From NCBI GenBank assembly GCA_009914755.4, contig CP068257.2:26816001-26880000 (forward strand): a stretch of 64,000 bases of DNA, read 5' to 3'. Positions 44,840 through 57,210 of the stretch are shown one piece after another; the stretch's first letter is position 1; every line of letters starts with the position of its first letter. Origin of the DNA: the human T2T-CHM13v2.0 reference genome, Homo sapiens. The position numbers and the translations under genes are program-made. The notes beneath the pieces were generated by a model. It had not been told where the DNA came from. It did no database searches and was given only the letters and a program-made list of their open reading frames with translations.

Positions 44840-45110
44840 ATTTTTTTTATCATACTTTAAGTTTTAGGGTACATGTGCACAACGTGCAGGTTTGTTACCT
44901 ATGTATACATGTGCCATGTTGGTGTGCTGCACCCATTAACTCGTCATTTAACATTAGGTATATCTCCTAATGCTATCTCTCCCACCTCCCCCGACCCCCC
45001 AGCAGGCCCCGGTGTGTGATGTTCCCCTTCCTGTGTCCTTGTGTTATCATTGTTCAATTCCCACCTATGAGTGAGAACATGCAGTGTTTGGTTTTTTGTG
45101 CTAGATGTTT
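44840..45110 (-). mobile_element. Short 5'-truncated L1 3' end (L1PA-like), minus strand, with its poly-A read as t8 at 44841-44848
   Basis: ttttttttatcatactttaagttttagggtacatgtgcacaacgtgcaggtttgttacctatgtatacatgtgccatgttggtgtgctgcacccattaactcgtcatttaacattaggtatatctcctaatgctatctctcccacctcccccgacccc...gtgtgtgatgttccccttcctgtgtccttgtgttatcattgttcaattcccacctatgagtgagaacatgcagtgtttggttttttgtgc. This is the reverse complement of the L1 3' end (...ggtgcagcacaccaacatggcacatgtatacatatgtaacaaacctgcacgttgtgcacatgtaccctaaaacttaaagtat-aaaa). Confidence 0.85.
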
Positions 45111-48100
45111 TAATATCATAAAAGTATGAGTTTGATCTAAGAACAAAGGTACAGATGAAAGTGCAATGCAGTGCCCATTGTTTCCTATATATAAAGCACA
45201 CCAATTTAACCTTCAGAAATTTTCTCGACAGGAAAATTACTTAAAATAACAACTAGCTCTGTTTAATATCTCAGTTTTCACAAGTAATCTAGGTAGAATT
45301 GTTAGAAATAAATAAATTAGATAAATGTAAATGAGATAAATGTTTATAGTTTTTTATAGTATGAAATTTTAAAGTTATGTTGAATTTAATAATAGATATT
45401 CATAAAATCTGAGTAATTTCTAAATAAATAAATAAGATAATGAAACAATTGCCCAACATAGATTAAAGTTTATTTAGTTTTGGCTTTTTAAACCTCATAA
45501 AAAGACAAATATTTGGATACATTAACAAAATGTCCTGTTCCACATTAAAAGTTGTTCTATAAAATCTATTAAGATGATAGATTACGTATTCATGAGATGT
45601 TAATATATAACAGTTTTAAATTACTTACTTTTCAGTTTTTTACTAAAAATTAAGATTTCTAATAATTAAAAGTTCTAATTAATATGTTATTCTATATAAA
45701 AAACATACAAAAAATAATTTTTATATGAGAAAGAAATTTGTATAGTCTCAACGATAAAGAGAAAAAAGGTAAAATTTTGCCCAAAGGCAAAATGATTGGT
45801 TATTCCGGTATAAAAAAACAGAAAGTATAGAACAAAGACTGAGAGTTCAAGAGAATGATGGAAAATGTAAGTCGGTCATGGAGAGTTTCAGAAGGATGGG
45901 TCTCGTAAAGGGACTTTCTTACATGATGAGATTGGCTGGGTTGGAAGGGAATTGTTGATAAGTTTCTCTAAGAATTGAGCATTGGTGTCAGGCGTGCACT
46001 CATGTAGGGCCGAAGCCTGATCCTCTCTGTTTGAAACAGCAGGATTTCTTGGAATGTCAATTTTCCCGTAGTAAAGAAAAATTGCAAGAGGTTTTGGTTT
46101 TAATTTTGAAATGTTTATTTACATTTGAAACCATTATCTGAACAACAACTTTTTCTGGTTTTATACTTTCTACCTGATTTCAAGTTGGAAGTGCTGTCTT
46201 CTTTATTTAAAATTATAATTTCATGTCTCAAGGTAGCGCTTTTCTCTTAAAGCTTTTCAGATTCACATCCCCAGGTTCAGCATTTTATGGATCTCACTAC
46301 AGGTGATTTGTAGATCATGCACTCTTGCCTTCTGCTCGTCTTCCTTCTCTCTGAAAAGGTGTATCTTTTTGCTTAACAAAAGATATGACTCTCTCCCTCA
46401 ATTATTTTTGTCAGTTCCTATAGCTTTTTATTGTTGTCCTGACTCTGCTATTATGGTCTCATCCTGAGAATCTTCTTAAAAGCCTAGAAGAACAATGCTT
46501 CCTATAGTATAACTTGATTGTATACTCTTGGCTTTTCTTAATGTGTGTAAATTTTTTCTGCATAATCAGTCAATTTAACATGCTTTTACTTTTTCCTAAA
46601 GTTATGCATTCCCCTGTTTAGGTACTGGTTTTCTTGCTTATATTATTCTTCCATAATATGATATATACTCCATAACCTTGGACACATATTCTTTTCATGT
46701 CTAACTGAATTCAAACACCTTTTCAGGACGTTTGGCTTTCAGATTATTCAAACAGGCTTTCCATGATGAGAAGCAGTCATACTGCAGGATTTTTTTTTTT
46801 TTTTTTACTTTTTAAGGAATTAGCCTAAGAAACAGATATTTTGTATTTTAAGGTAGTATCTTATGCTTCGTGCTGTCTTTATTAGGTTTTTGGCTACTTG
46901 AGAAAATTAAGTCATCTCTAACACTGGTTTAAGTTTTCTTTTCTCTCTCAATTATGCCATTTATTGTTTTTGCTTTTGAAGTCTTTTAATTATCACTCAT
47001 TAAATAAAATAACTATTATCTCTCAATGAAATTTGCTTATATTTTAATTAAATGTTTTAAGCCTTTTAACATCTTTGACAAACTTTCCCAAAATGAAATT
47101 CTAATTTGTCTTTTTAATCTAAAATTGACTTTGGAATTCACAGTTGGACCACTGGAAAGATTAAAAGGATGTATCTCTCATTAGGCTTATTAGATATGGT
47201 GGTTTGTATTAAAAGCATTATCAAATAAAAAAAGCAATACTAAATATTATTTAAATTATATTTATATGGCTATGTTATTGATGTGAAAGTACTAAAGATT
47301 ATATAAAATTTATAAAGGTCTACTGGTCCTGTTTTGATGTATCACTCATGATTCTGGTTGTTGTCTTAAAATTTTGTATGCAATAGAAGCTCCTGAATTT
47401 TCCTGTTTATTGCAGAATTCTCATTATATTGTAACTATGGCTTTACTAAGAAAAATCATCTATAGTGGTGATTCATTTCTAAAGGCAATTGCAATCAGAT
47501 TCATAAAAAAGTCTCTAACAAGTACTCATAAATATGTTTCTAATAACTTTAAGAAAAGTGGACTAAATAAAAATTTCCAAAACTAATAAAAAAAGATGGA
47601 TTAATAAAAGAAATCAAGATCAAGCAAAACAAAAATTACTTACATGAGAATATATAACTGATAAAAAATTATGAATTGTGTGACTTTTGTTTGAAACATT
47701 GTTGATTCTTTACTTAAATGTTTTGTTTTCCAGATTTAAGAAAGCTTTCTTGAGCTACCTATAATTTACAGTAATCTGGTATGCTTTTATGAACAAAAGT
47801 GAAAGCATTTACTTTTGCTTCCTACTGATCCCTCCAAAATTTGAAAACTTTTTGTATTTTTTAATTTTATGACAATATATTTACATAAGTTCAATAAAAA
47901 TACGTTTTTTACAATAGGATGTAACTAGAATGTTAATTATATTACCAAGGCTTAAGATATTATACTTTAAAATGTTGATATATACTACAGATAAAATCTG
48001 AAGCCTGCCTTGATTTGGTTTCCCAGCCTCAACATTTTGTTAAAGAGATCCAGTCTGAGCTTCAGTCATTGTTCTTGCTATACTTACATAAATACTTAGG

Positions 48101-48651
48101 TCAAACCAGACAAAGCTAAATCTATTTTACAAACAAATTTATTTTCCTCTAATTATGTTCAGTAAAAATTGAAATGTCTATAACAACTCTGTTATTGTAC
48201 TGTAGCCCTGTACATTGTTTTCAAGTTTTTATTATCAACCTGTAGACTGGACTGAATCTTAAATTCTTCTATGTTCCTCTAATCCAATTTTCTCCTATGT
48301 GATTACTAAGAACAGAAACTGCTCTTTCTTAAGGCCCTATAAACTAAACTCAATGACTTAATACAAATTTCAAGGACAAGCTTCATGCTTGATGCATGGG
48401 CCACACAGTGAGTTCATTAAACTACCCAATGCCATAACCAGAGACATTTGACATTTGAACTGTAAAATTTCTAACTTCACGATGTAAACAATTTTTCCCG
48501 AGACCATCAGAACAAGACTCCATATTATGAGACTCTTACCCCTCTTAATGCCTACCTTTTGCACTTGACAGGATAATGCTGTAATTAAAATTTCACAATC
48601 AGTAACTGCTGTGGTTAAGTTGACAGAACTTGACATCAGAAATCCTTTAGT

Positions 48652-48887
<236 letters not shown>

Positions 48888-49498
48888 TTAGTCTACCTGG
48901 TAAGTAACTTTGGCAATATCCCTAACACCAATATTTGTTTCAGTTCACTAGTGGTCCCTTTTATAGAGTCGGCACTTTTTTCTTTAATTCAACCCAGTCA
49001 TGATATGCTGTAGCATATCATGAGGACAACAGGTTTCACCCAGCTCCCCAACGGTCTTTTGATTTGTTTAGTTGATTACTCTTAGGTTTGAGCTTTTAGT
49101 CCAAAACCATTGTACAAACTGAATATATGTACTATATTGTTGCTGATTATTTTTTGTATTATGATTTTTAAGCTCTGTTCTTGTTGCCTATCAAATATTT
49201 GTAAAGCCAGTTCTCCCAACAGAATAATGTTAGCCCAATGCTAATGTTCATGGGACTAATAAGATAGGATTTAACTCTAAATTTCAAGCAAATCTGTCCT
49301 AAGAGGTTTTTTTAACCTTTCTGATCTCTTTGTTGCTCAAATGTGGTCTCTGTCCTTGATATTGATTCTCTTAGTTTCCCCCAATACGGGACCAGAGATC
49401 ACCAAATCCATCCTGTTACCAAGAGACAAGTGAGCCTAACTTCAGGCTAGTTGTCCAGTGATGCTTTCAGAGAAAGATCTTGATCAAGAGAGAGAAAT

Positions 49499-49960
49499 GT
49501 GAAAATTGACTATATAAATTAAGATTATCTTTCCATACCCTACTCAATTAGAGTCAAGAGTACAGAGGGAAAAAGCACTTGGGGACCAAAGCACCTGCCC
49601 AAGGATTATTTCAAAAACCAGCTGCTGAAATGAATTGCTACAACATTAAGACCAGTTTCACCTAGTAGCTGCTGAAATAAACTACCATGACTCTAAGACT
49701 AGTGTAACCTACCACCATCACTCACAAATTACAGCTTGCCAGCTCCCCAAAACTTCACTAGTGCCAATGAGTGCCACTGAGTTTTCTTTCAAAACAATAT
49801 GTAACATTTCTTTTTCTACTAACATTAAAACTCCCCAAATTCTCATTTTAATTTAGGCATACTGAAGACCACCTTGATCTCTGTAAATGCCCCAAATTGC
49901 AATTCTGTTTTCCTAAGTAAATGTTTTGTTTAAAAATTTGTCTCTATATTTTTATTTGAT
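49499..49960 (+). repeat. Copy 2 (uninterrupted) of the unclassified ~462-bp interspersed repeat seen at 41903-42644
   Basis: See copy 1. It has the same orientation, is 7.6 kb downstream, and lacks the retroelement insertion. Confidence 0.55.
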
Positions 49961-51259
49961 TTTGAAACCATTAATATTACTGATTAAAGTCAGATACTTG
50001 GCTTCAAGCTCATAAGACATACTTTTTTTAGGAATATATTTGTATGCATTTGATTCATAACATGTCTATATATTGGAAAGTACATATATAACAATATAAG
50101 CATAAATATACATAAATAAACAAATATAATATACATAAATAGTATGTATAATAGTATATAAAATGAAAAAATCTTTTTCAAAATATAAAATACATAAAAT
50201 AGGTATGTAAAATATATAAATATATAAAATGTATTTTTAAATTTCTGAAGATTAAATTACTACCCCCATATAGGTATGGTATAAAAATTATTTTTGAGAC
50301 ATATACAGCTCTATCTCCATTGAGCCATATTATTGTAAGGTAATAGAGGGAAGATTTAACTCATTTTATTTAAACATGCTCCAAAGCAATTTTTATTTCC
50401 ACTATAACAACTGACAGTGTTGAGTCAAGTGAGAGCTGGGGAAGAAAACAGCCTAGGATGAGCATGCCTTCATGTCCCAGCTACTAAACAGAGTTCAGGC
50501 CCAGCAGAGCTTCATTTGTAAAAAGTTCTGCCTACAGCCAGGACAGACGCAGTGAGAGGAGTGGTCTCCAACTGATTTCTATATTTAGTATGGTAGGTTA
50601 AATAATGGCTCCCTCAAAGATATCCAAATCCTAATCTTTGGAATCTGTAGGCATGTTACTTTACATGGCAAAAGATTCCTTGCAGATGTGACTAAATTAA
50701 GGATATTGAGATGGAAAATTATTGTAATAACCCAGGTTGGCCCAATGTAATCACAGGGGTCCTTATAAGAGGGAAGCAGGTGGATCAAATTCATCAGTGG
50801 GAGATATGACAAGGAAAGCAGAGGTCAGAGTGGGAGAGAGATTTGAAGATGTTACACTGTGCATCTCAAAAATGGAGAAAGGTGCCAAAGCCAAGATAAT
50901 GCAGGTGATCTCTAGGAGCTAAAAACATTAAAGAAACAAATTCTCTCTACAGTCTCCAAAACAAACAATTCCTCTAGCTCCTTCACTTTAGAACTGTAAG
51001 GCTGACTTTTTACTCTTGACCTCCAAAATTATATGATAACAAATTCATGTTGTTTAAACCACTAAGTTTGTACTAATTTGTTACAGCAGCAATTGGAATA
51101 TAATACACTTAGATTGTGATAGAATATTCTTCATAGGTAAGCACTCTCCCATCCCCCACCTCCTTATGCAAGATGTACTCTCTGCCCCTTGACATTGGAT
51201 TTTGTCACATGACTTTTTGACCAAAAGGATATTACTGAACGTAGTAGATGTAATGTGAC

Positions 51260-51673
51260 TATATTAAGCTGTTCTTGCATTGCTATCAATAGATATCAGA
51301 GACTGGGTAATTTATAAAGAAAAGAGGTTTAATTGGCTTATGGTTCTGCAGGCTTTACAAGAAGTGCGGTACTGGCATCTGCTTGGCTTCTAGGGAGGTC
51401 TGAGGTAGCTTACATCATGGCAGAAGGCAAAGGGAATGCAGGCACATCACATGATAAGAGCATGAGAGTGAGAGAGTGCATTGTAGGTGAGGAGGTACCA
51501 CACGCTTTTAAACGACCAGACCTCATGAGAATGCACATCATGAAGACAGCACCACGCCATGAGGGATCCACCCCCAAGATCCAAACACCTCCCACCAGGC
51601 CCCACCTTCAGCACTGGGGATTACAATTCAACATGAGGTTGTGGGGAGTGGGGCAAATGTCCAAACCATATCA
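51260..51673 (-). mobile_element. MaLR LTR (MST/THE1 type, ~414 bp), the left LTR of a full-length element
   Basis: ...ttgcattgctatcaatagatatcagagactgggtaatttataaagaaaagaggtttaattggcttatggttctgcaggctttacaagaagtgcggtactggcatctgcttggcttctagggaggtctgaggtagcttacatcatggcagaaggcaaaggg...ccacacgcttttaaacgaccagacctcatgagaatgcac...cacctcccaccaggccccaccttcagcactggggattacaattcaacatgaggttgtggggagtggggcaaatgtccaaaccatatca. Confidence 0.78.
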
Positions 51674-51795
51674 TTCTGTCCCAGCCCCTCCCAAATCTCA
51701 TGTCTTTCTGACATTGCAAAATATAATCATACCTTCCCAACACTTCCCCACATTTTAAACTCATTCCAGCATTAACTCAAAAGTCCAAAGTCCAA

Positions 51796-52080
51796 AGCTG
51801 GGTGCTGTGGCTCTCGTCTATAATCCCAGCACTTTGAGAGGCCGAGGTAAGCAGATCACCTGAGGTCAGGAGTTTGAGACCAGCCTGGCCAACATGGGGA
51901 AACCCCATCTCTACTAAAGCTACGAAAATCAGCCAGGCGTGATGGCATGTGCCTGTAATCCCAGCTCCTTGGGAGGCTGATAGAGGAGAATCGCTTGAAC
52001 CTGGGAGATGGAGGTTGCAGTGAGCCAAGACCACACCATTGTGATGAGAGTGAAACTCCATATCAAAAAAAAAAAAAAAA
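51796..52080 (+). mobile_element. Alu SINE (AluS-like, with a deletion near its 3' end), inserted in the MaLR internal region, a16 tail
   Basis: gctgggtgctgtggctctcgtctataatcccagcactttgagaggccgaggtaagcagatcacctgaggtcaggagtttgagaccagcctggccaacatggggaaaccccatctctactaaagctacgaaaatcagccaggcgtgatggcatgtgcctgtaatcccagctccttgggaggctgatagaggagaatcgcttgaacctgggagatggaggttgcagtgagccaagaccacaccattgtgatgagagtgaaactccatatc a16. The flanks are ..aagtccaaagtccaaag| and |tccaaaacccaaag. Confidence 0.88.
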
Positions 52081-53630
52081 TCCAAAACCCAAAGCATCAT
52101 CTGAGACAAAGCAAGTCCCTTTCACCTATGAGCCCATAATAACCAAAACAAATTAGCTACTTCCAAGATACAATGGGGATGTAGGCATTGGGTAAATGTT
52201 CTCATTCCAAAAGGGGGAAATCAGCCAAAAGAAAGTGGCTGCAAACCCCATGCAAGTTTGAAACCCAGCAGGTTACTCATTAAATTTTGAAGCTCCAAAA
52301 GAATCTCTTTAGGCTCCATGTCCCACATCCAGGGCACATTGGTGTAAGGGACGGGCTCCCAAAGCCTTAAGCAGTTCTGTCCCTGTGGCCTTGCAGGGTT
52401 AGCCCCCAAGGCTGCTCTCATAGGCTGGAGTTGTGTGCCTGTGGCTTTTCCAGGTGCAGGGTGCAAGCTGCTGGTCTATATAACATTCTCTGGTCTGCAA
52501 GATCATGGCCCATTTCTCACAGCTTCACTAGGCAGTGCCCTAGTGGGAACTCTGTGTGGAGCCTCCAACTCCATATGTTCTTTCCACACTGCCCTGGTAG
52601 AGGGTCTATGTGAGGCCTTTTCCCCTGCAACGGGCTTCTGCCTGGATGCCAGGTTTTTCTATATATCCTCTGAAATCTAGGTAGAGGCCTTCAAGCCTTC
52701 TTCATTTTTGTATTCTGTGCACCTGCAGGCTTAACACCACATTGAAGCAGCTTATGGCTTGCATTCACCCAAGTGGCCAACTTGAGCTATACCTGGGCCC
52801 CTTTGAGCCAAGGCTGGAGCTGGAGCAGCCTGGAGGTGGGGGCCAGTGTCCCAATACTACACAGGGCAGTGGGACCCTGGGCCAGGCCCAGAAAACCATT
52901 CTTCCCTCCTACATCTCAGGGCCTGTGATGGAAGGGGCTGCCAAAAGGTCTCCAAAATGCCTTCAAGGCCTTTTTTCCCGTTGTCTGTGATATTAACATT
53001 TGGCTCCCTCTTAATTATGCAAATATCTCCAGTAAGTAGTTGCTCCACAGCTTGCTTGAATTCCTCTCCCAAAAAATCTTTTTCTTTCTCTGCCTCATGG
53101 CCAGAGTGCAAATGTTCCTAACTTTTATGTTCTGCTTCCCTTTTAAATTTAGGTTCCAACTTGAAAGTCATTTCTTTGCTTCTGCAATTGAGCATAGGCT
53201 GTTTGAAGCAGCCAGGCCACAACATCTTGAACACTTTGCTGCTTAGGATTTTTTTTTTTTTTTTTTTTTTGCCAGATACCCTGAATCATCACTATGAAGT
53301 TTAAACTTCCACAGATCCCTAGTGCATGAACAGAATGCAGCCAAGCTCTTTGCTAAGGCATAACACACATGACCTTTGCTCCAGTACCCAGTAAGTTCCT
53401 CATTTCCATCTCATACCTTGTCACCTGGACTTCACTGTTCATATCACTATTAGTATTTTTATTATGACCATTTAACCACTTTCTTAGAAGTTCCCAACTT
53501 TCTCTCATCTTCCTGTCTTCTTCTGAGCCCTCCAAACTCTTCTAACCTCTGCCTGTTACCCAGTTCCAAAGCTGCTTCCATATCTTTATAGCAATGCCAA
53601 CTCCTCAGTACTGGTTTTTCTGTATTAGAC

Positions 53631-54039
53631 CATTCTTGCATTGCTATAAAAGAAATACCTGAGACTGAGAAATTTATAGAGAAAAGAGGTTTAACTGGCT
53701 TATGATTCTGCAGGCTTTAAAGGAAGCATGGTGCTGGCATCTCCTCAGCTTCTAAGGGAAGTGTCAGGAAGCTTACAATCACGGCAGAAGGCAAAGGGGG
53801 AGCAGGCACGTCATATGGCAAAAGTAGGAGTGAGAGAGAGAAAGAGATTGGGTGGGGGAGAGGTGCCACATATTTTTAAATGACCAGATCTCATGAAAAT
53901 TTACTATCACAAAGACAGCACTAAGCCACGAGGCATCCACCCCATGATCTAAACACCTCCCAACCAGGCCACACCTCCAGCACTGGGGATTACAATTCCA
54001 CATAAGACTTGGTAAGGAACAAATATCCAAACTATCTCA
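53631..54039 (-). mobile_element. MaLR LTR (MST/THE1 type, ~409 bp), the right LTR of the full-length element
   Basis: tgtattagaccattcttgcattgctataaaagaaatacctgagactgagaaatttatagagaaaagaggtttaactggcttatgattctgcaggctttaaaggaagcatggtgctggcatctcctcagcttctaagggaagtgtcaggaagcttacaatcacggcagaaggcaaaggggg...ccacatatttttaaatgaccagatctcatgaaaatttactatcacaaagacagcac...cacctcccaaccaggccacacctccagcactggggattacaattccacataagacttggtaaggaacaaatatccaaactatctca. Confidence 0.78.
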
Positions 54040-56974
54040 ATGAGCAAAGTTTAATGAGCGATTAGGCTTGCCCCACCCTTGTCATCATTGTGAGAAGAGC
54101 TGTCCCTGGTTAGCTGCTGCTCCTTCAGCCAGCCCCAGAAGAAATAGGCACACAATAGAAATGCCCCCACAAAAAACTCTCAGTTTACCCAAATCTGAAG
54201 CTGAGCTCTCTGCCAAGCCCAGCCAAAAACAGCTAACCCCAGACAACCCATACATCTTTAAAACTGATGAGTTTTGTTTTAAACCACAGCATTTTGGCAG
54301 CACTAATAGTTGAAGGGTGCACAGATCATCCTTCAACATAGGAAGTGATCAGTGTAAAGTCTACATTCTTCTCCCCTTTCTCCAATCAACTAAGACTGAG
54401 CACAGGACTCCCAGATGTCTAATGGAAATACTCTTACTGAATGCATAGTCCTAATGGAAGCAAAAATAGGCACTGTGCTCCCTGAAGAGGGCTGCAATCT
54501 CCACAGGAGCATGGTCATGAAGATGTAAAACTCATCTTTCCTCAGACTATGGTCACCTTATGGCTAGGCTACCTGATAACCTTGTACCCTTATTCTCAGC
54601 CTTTTGGAAAACAATTTTGTAAAAAAAATAAATAAATAAGGACATTTCTATTCCTGAAGCTGAGTTATCAAAGAAGCTTAAAGTAGTAACTTACATTTAA
54701 ATATAGCATTCTTAACTTTCTCCAGAGTTCTTCTCAATCACAATAAAGAAATGTATACATACATAAGGCATAAAACATCTACAAAATGTTATTTCAGGAT
54801 ATCTACTTGCATTACATTTCACATAGGTTATCTCATTTTATCCTCACCCCCATTTGTCTGGTGTTATCTTCCTAACATATTATGGATGAAAAAAGGTAGC
54901 TTTAGGAGTTTGTGGGCCCTTCCATTTTCGCAGTAACCGATGTGTTTTGCTACCTCAGGGTCTCCGTATTGCTTTCTACTGTATGGAAACTGAGACCCAG
55001 AGGTTTAGAGTCTTCTTATAGTCACGCAGTTGGTCGGGGTGGTAGAGATGGGTTTCCTAACACACAGGCTGCAATTCTTTATTCTTTGGACTACCTTATT
55101 TGTGCTTAATCCCCACAGTAAAGAGCAAAAGGAAAATATCTTGACAATCACAGCTGCCTTTGGCATTTGACAGTAAATCACATTTATCAGCTACCATTAT
55201 TCCAGAGTAATGAGATAAAGTGTGACATTCTTTTTAGATAACACAAAAAGTTCTTACATCTAAATTTTTTCAATCTCTGTCACTGATTTCTCAGAACACT
55301 GTCACCCTCTTCTGTGGTCACATAAAACTCATTTGGAACACATAATGTTTCTATTGACTTGCCTTTTTTTTCTATTTTCACTGTTCAGGGTAAAAATAAA
55401 GCTTTTGGGGGCTCAAAAATGTTTTTCACTGTTTTTATGGCAATGGTTTTTAGAGACAGAAATGATAGCAGTTTCCATATTCACATTGCCCAATAAACGT
55501 GTCGTCAAACGTTCTCAGAGAACTCTCATTAATCAAAATTAGTTATTTCTTCCATGCAAATGAGGAGGCCTTGAAATGATTTAAGCTGTGCTTGCAGTGA
55601 ATGCAATGTCAAAGTGAAAATGCTATTACATGTTTTCAGGGAATTGAAGATATCCCTCAATAATTTCTGGGTATGGATAACACTAGGAGATCTCTCTTCC
55701 CTGAAAATGGAAGACAAAGAGAAGGCATCTCACGTTTGAAGCAAAAACAGAAAAAGAAGGAAAAAAAAGCAACATCTTTAAAACAGACTTCAGAAAATAC
55801 ATAAATTAGATTTCACAGTTTATCTTGTGCTTATTTGAATCTGGTAGATATTGTCTTGAACATTCTATTGAAATCAGGAGATAATAAACAATGGAGAAAA
55901 TCAAAATGAAAGGTTAAGTCCTTGCATGTGTATGGATATGTGTCCCTGTGTGTGTTTTCTTCAAATGGGCAAACCAGCTTGTAGTTTCTTTCATCTGAAA
56001 CCTGCTTTGGCCCAGGCTGGCCCTTACAGAACTCCGGATAAACTACTTAGGTGGGATTTCTGGATTGGTTGCTGGAAATGTGATCTCAGTCTGCCCCTGA
56101 TTTCCTGTGTAATCTTGAGACCTTAATCTCTGCACCCTGTTTCCTCATCAGTAACTCTATTCAAACGCATGTGGTTGGGGGAAGGGTCACAAGAAGGCCA
56201 AGAGGCCAAAGAGGGAAATACAGGGATAATTTCTTTTAAGCATCGTAATGTAGATAGCCTGAATATCTCATCAAGTCTGAATGGGCCACACAGTTCTGCC
56301 AGGAGAATTCATTCTTAAAAGCAAGAAAGAGAAAATATTTTGTAGGTACATCTATCTGTATATCCAAAATCATTTGTAGTTCTCTAAAGTTAGGCTCTGA
56401 GTAAGAAATAGAACTCAGAGTGAATAGTATATGTTTCTACATATCTGTGATCCTCTCATCAATTAAGACCACAAAACAATCAGCTTGTAAGCAGAGAAAC
56501 AAGAGTGAGAATATTATTTAAATTGTGTTAGCTTTCTTAATGTTACTATGATACAGTGGTTTTCTACCCTGACTGTGCATTAGAATCTTATCTATATCTT
56601 TTAAAAAACGTAAATGTGTAAGCTCCACACCTGAACAACTGAATCAGAATTTCTGGGCGTACTATTAAATCTCTACAGGTAATTCTGATAAGCAGCCAAA
56701 GTTGGAAAATATTTAGGCCTGAGTGATTTCTGTTTGTTTCAGAATGTAAAACAAACAAACAAACAATCTAATCACTGACTACTGTTTTTCTTGTTCACTT
56801 TTAAAACATTAAGTAGACATAGTCTGAATTGACCACTTGAGTTTCTGCCAAATTTCACAGCAGACATATTCTTGCCTGACATGGTCAAAAAAGTTATTTT
56901 ATGATTCAAATCCCTTCCACCCCATCAGACGGATAGTAGAATGAACATTAACCCTGAAAACATCTTCCTCTGAG

Positions 56975-57210
56975 TCAAGGTTTCTCGCCATTGGCAGTAT
57001 TGACATTTTGGGTTGGATAATTCTTTACTGTAGGGTCTGTCCTGTGCATAATAGGATAGGTAGCATCCCTGCCCTCTACCCACACAATGTGAGTAGCATA
57101 CCTCCTATCCCCAGTTGTGACGACTAAAAATGTCTCCCATCGTGGCTGACTGCCCCATGGAGGGCAAAATCAAGGGCAAAATGAGCTCCCATTGAGAACC
57201 ATTACTCTGC
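56975..57210 (+). mobile_element. Fragment of an old interspersed repeat (MER-class, probably a non-autonomous DNA-transposon relic); family not named
   Basis: The block ggataattctttactgtagggtctgtcctgtgcataataggataggtagcatccctgccctctacccacacaatgtgagtagcatacctcctatccccagttgtgacgactaaaaatgtctcccatcgtggctgactgccccatggagggcaaaatcaagggcaaaatgagctcccattgagaaccattactctg resembles a very common mammalian repeat (...gggctgtcctgtgcattgtaggatgtttagcagcatccctggcctctacccactagatgccagtagcaccccccagttgtgacaaccaaaaatgtctccagacattgccaaatgtcccctgggggcaaaatcgcccccggttgagaaccactg). This is recalled from memory only. Confidence 0.4.

Larger units (their letters stand above)
51260..54039 (-). mobile_element. Apparently full-length ERVL-MaLR element (LTR 51260-51673, ~1.95 kb internal region, LTR 53631-54039), with an Alu inserted in the internal region
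   Basis: Two ~410-bp LTRs of the same MST/THE1-type family lie in the same (minus) orientation about 2.4 kb apart. Both end ...ccaaac(c/t)at(a/c)tca and both begin tgtattag-like. Subtracting the 285-bp Alu gives an element of ~2.5 kb, the size expected for intact MaLR (THE1/MST-int) copies. Confidence 0.7.
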
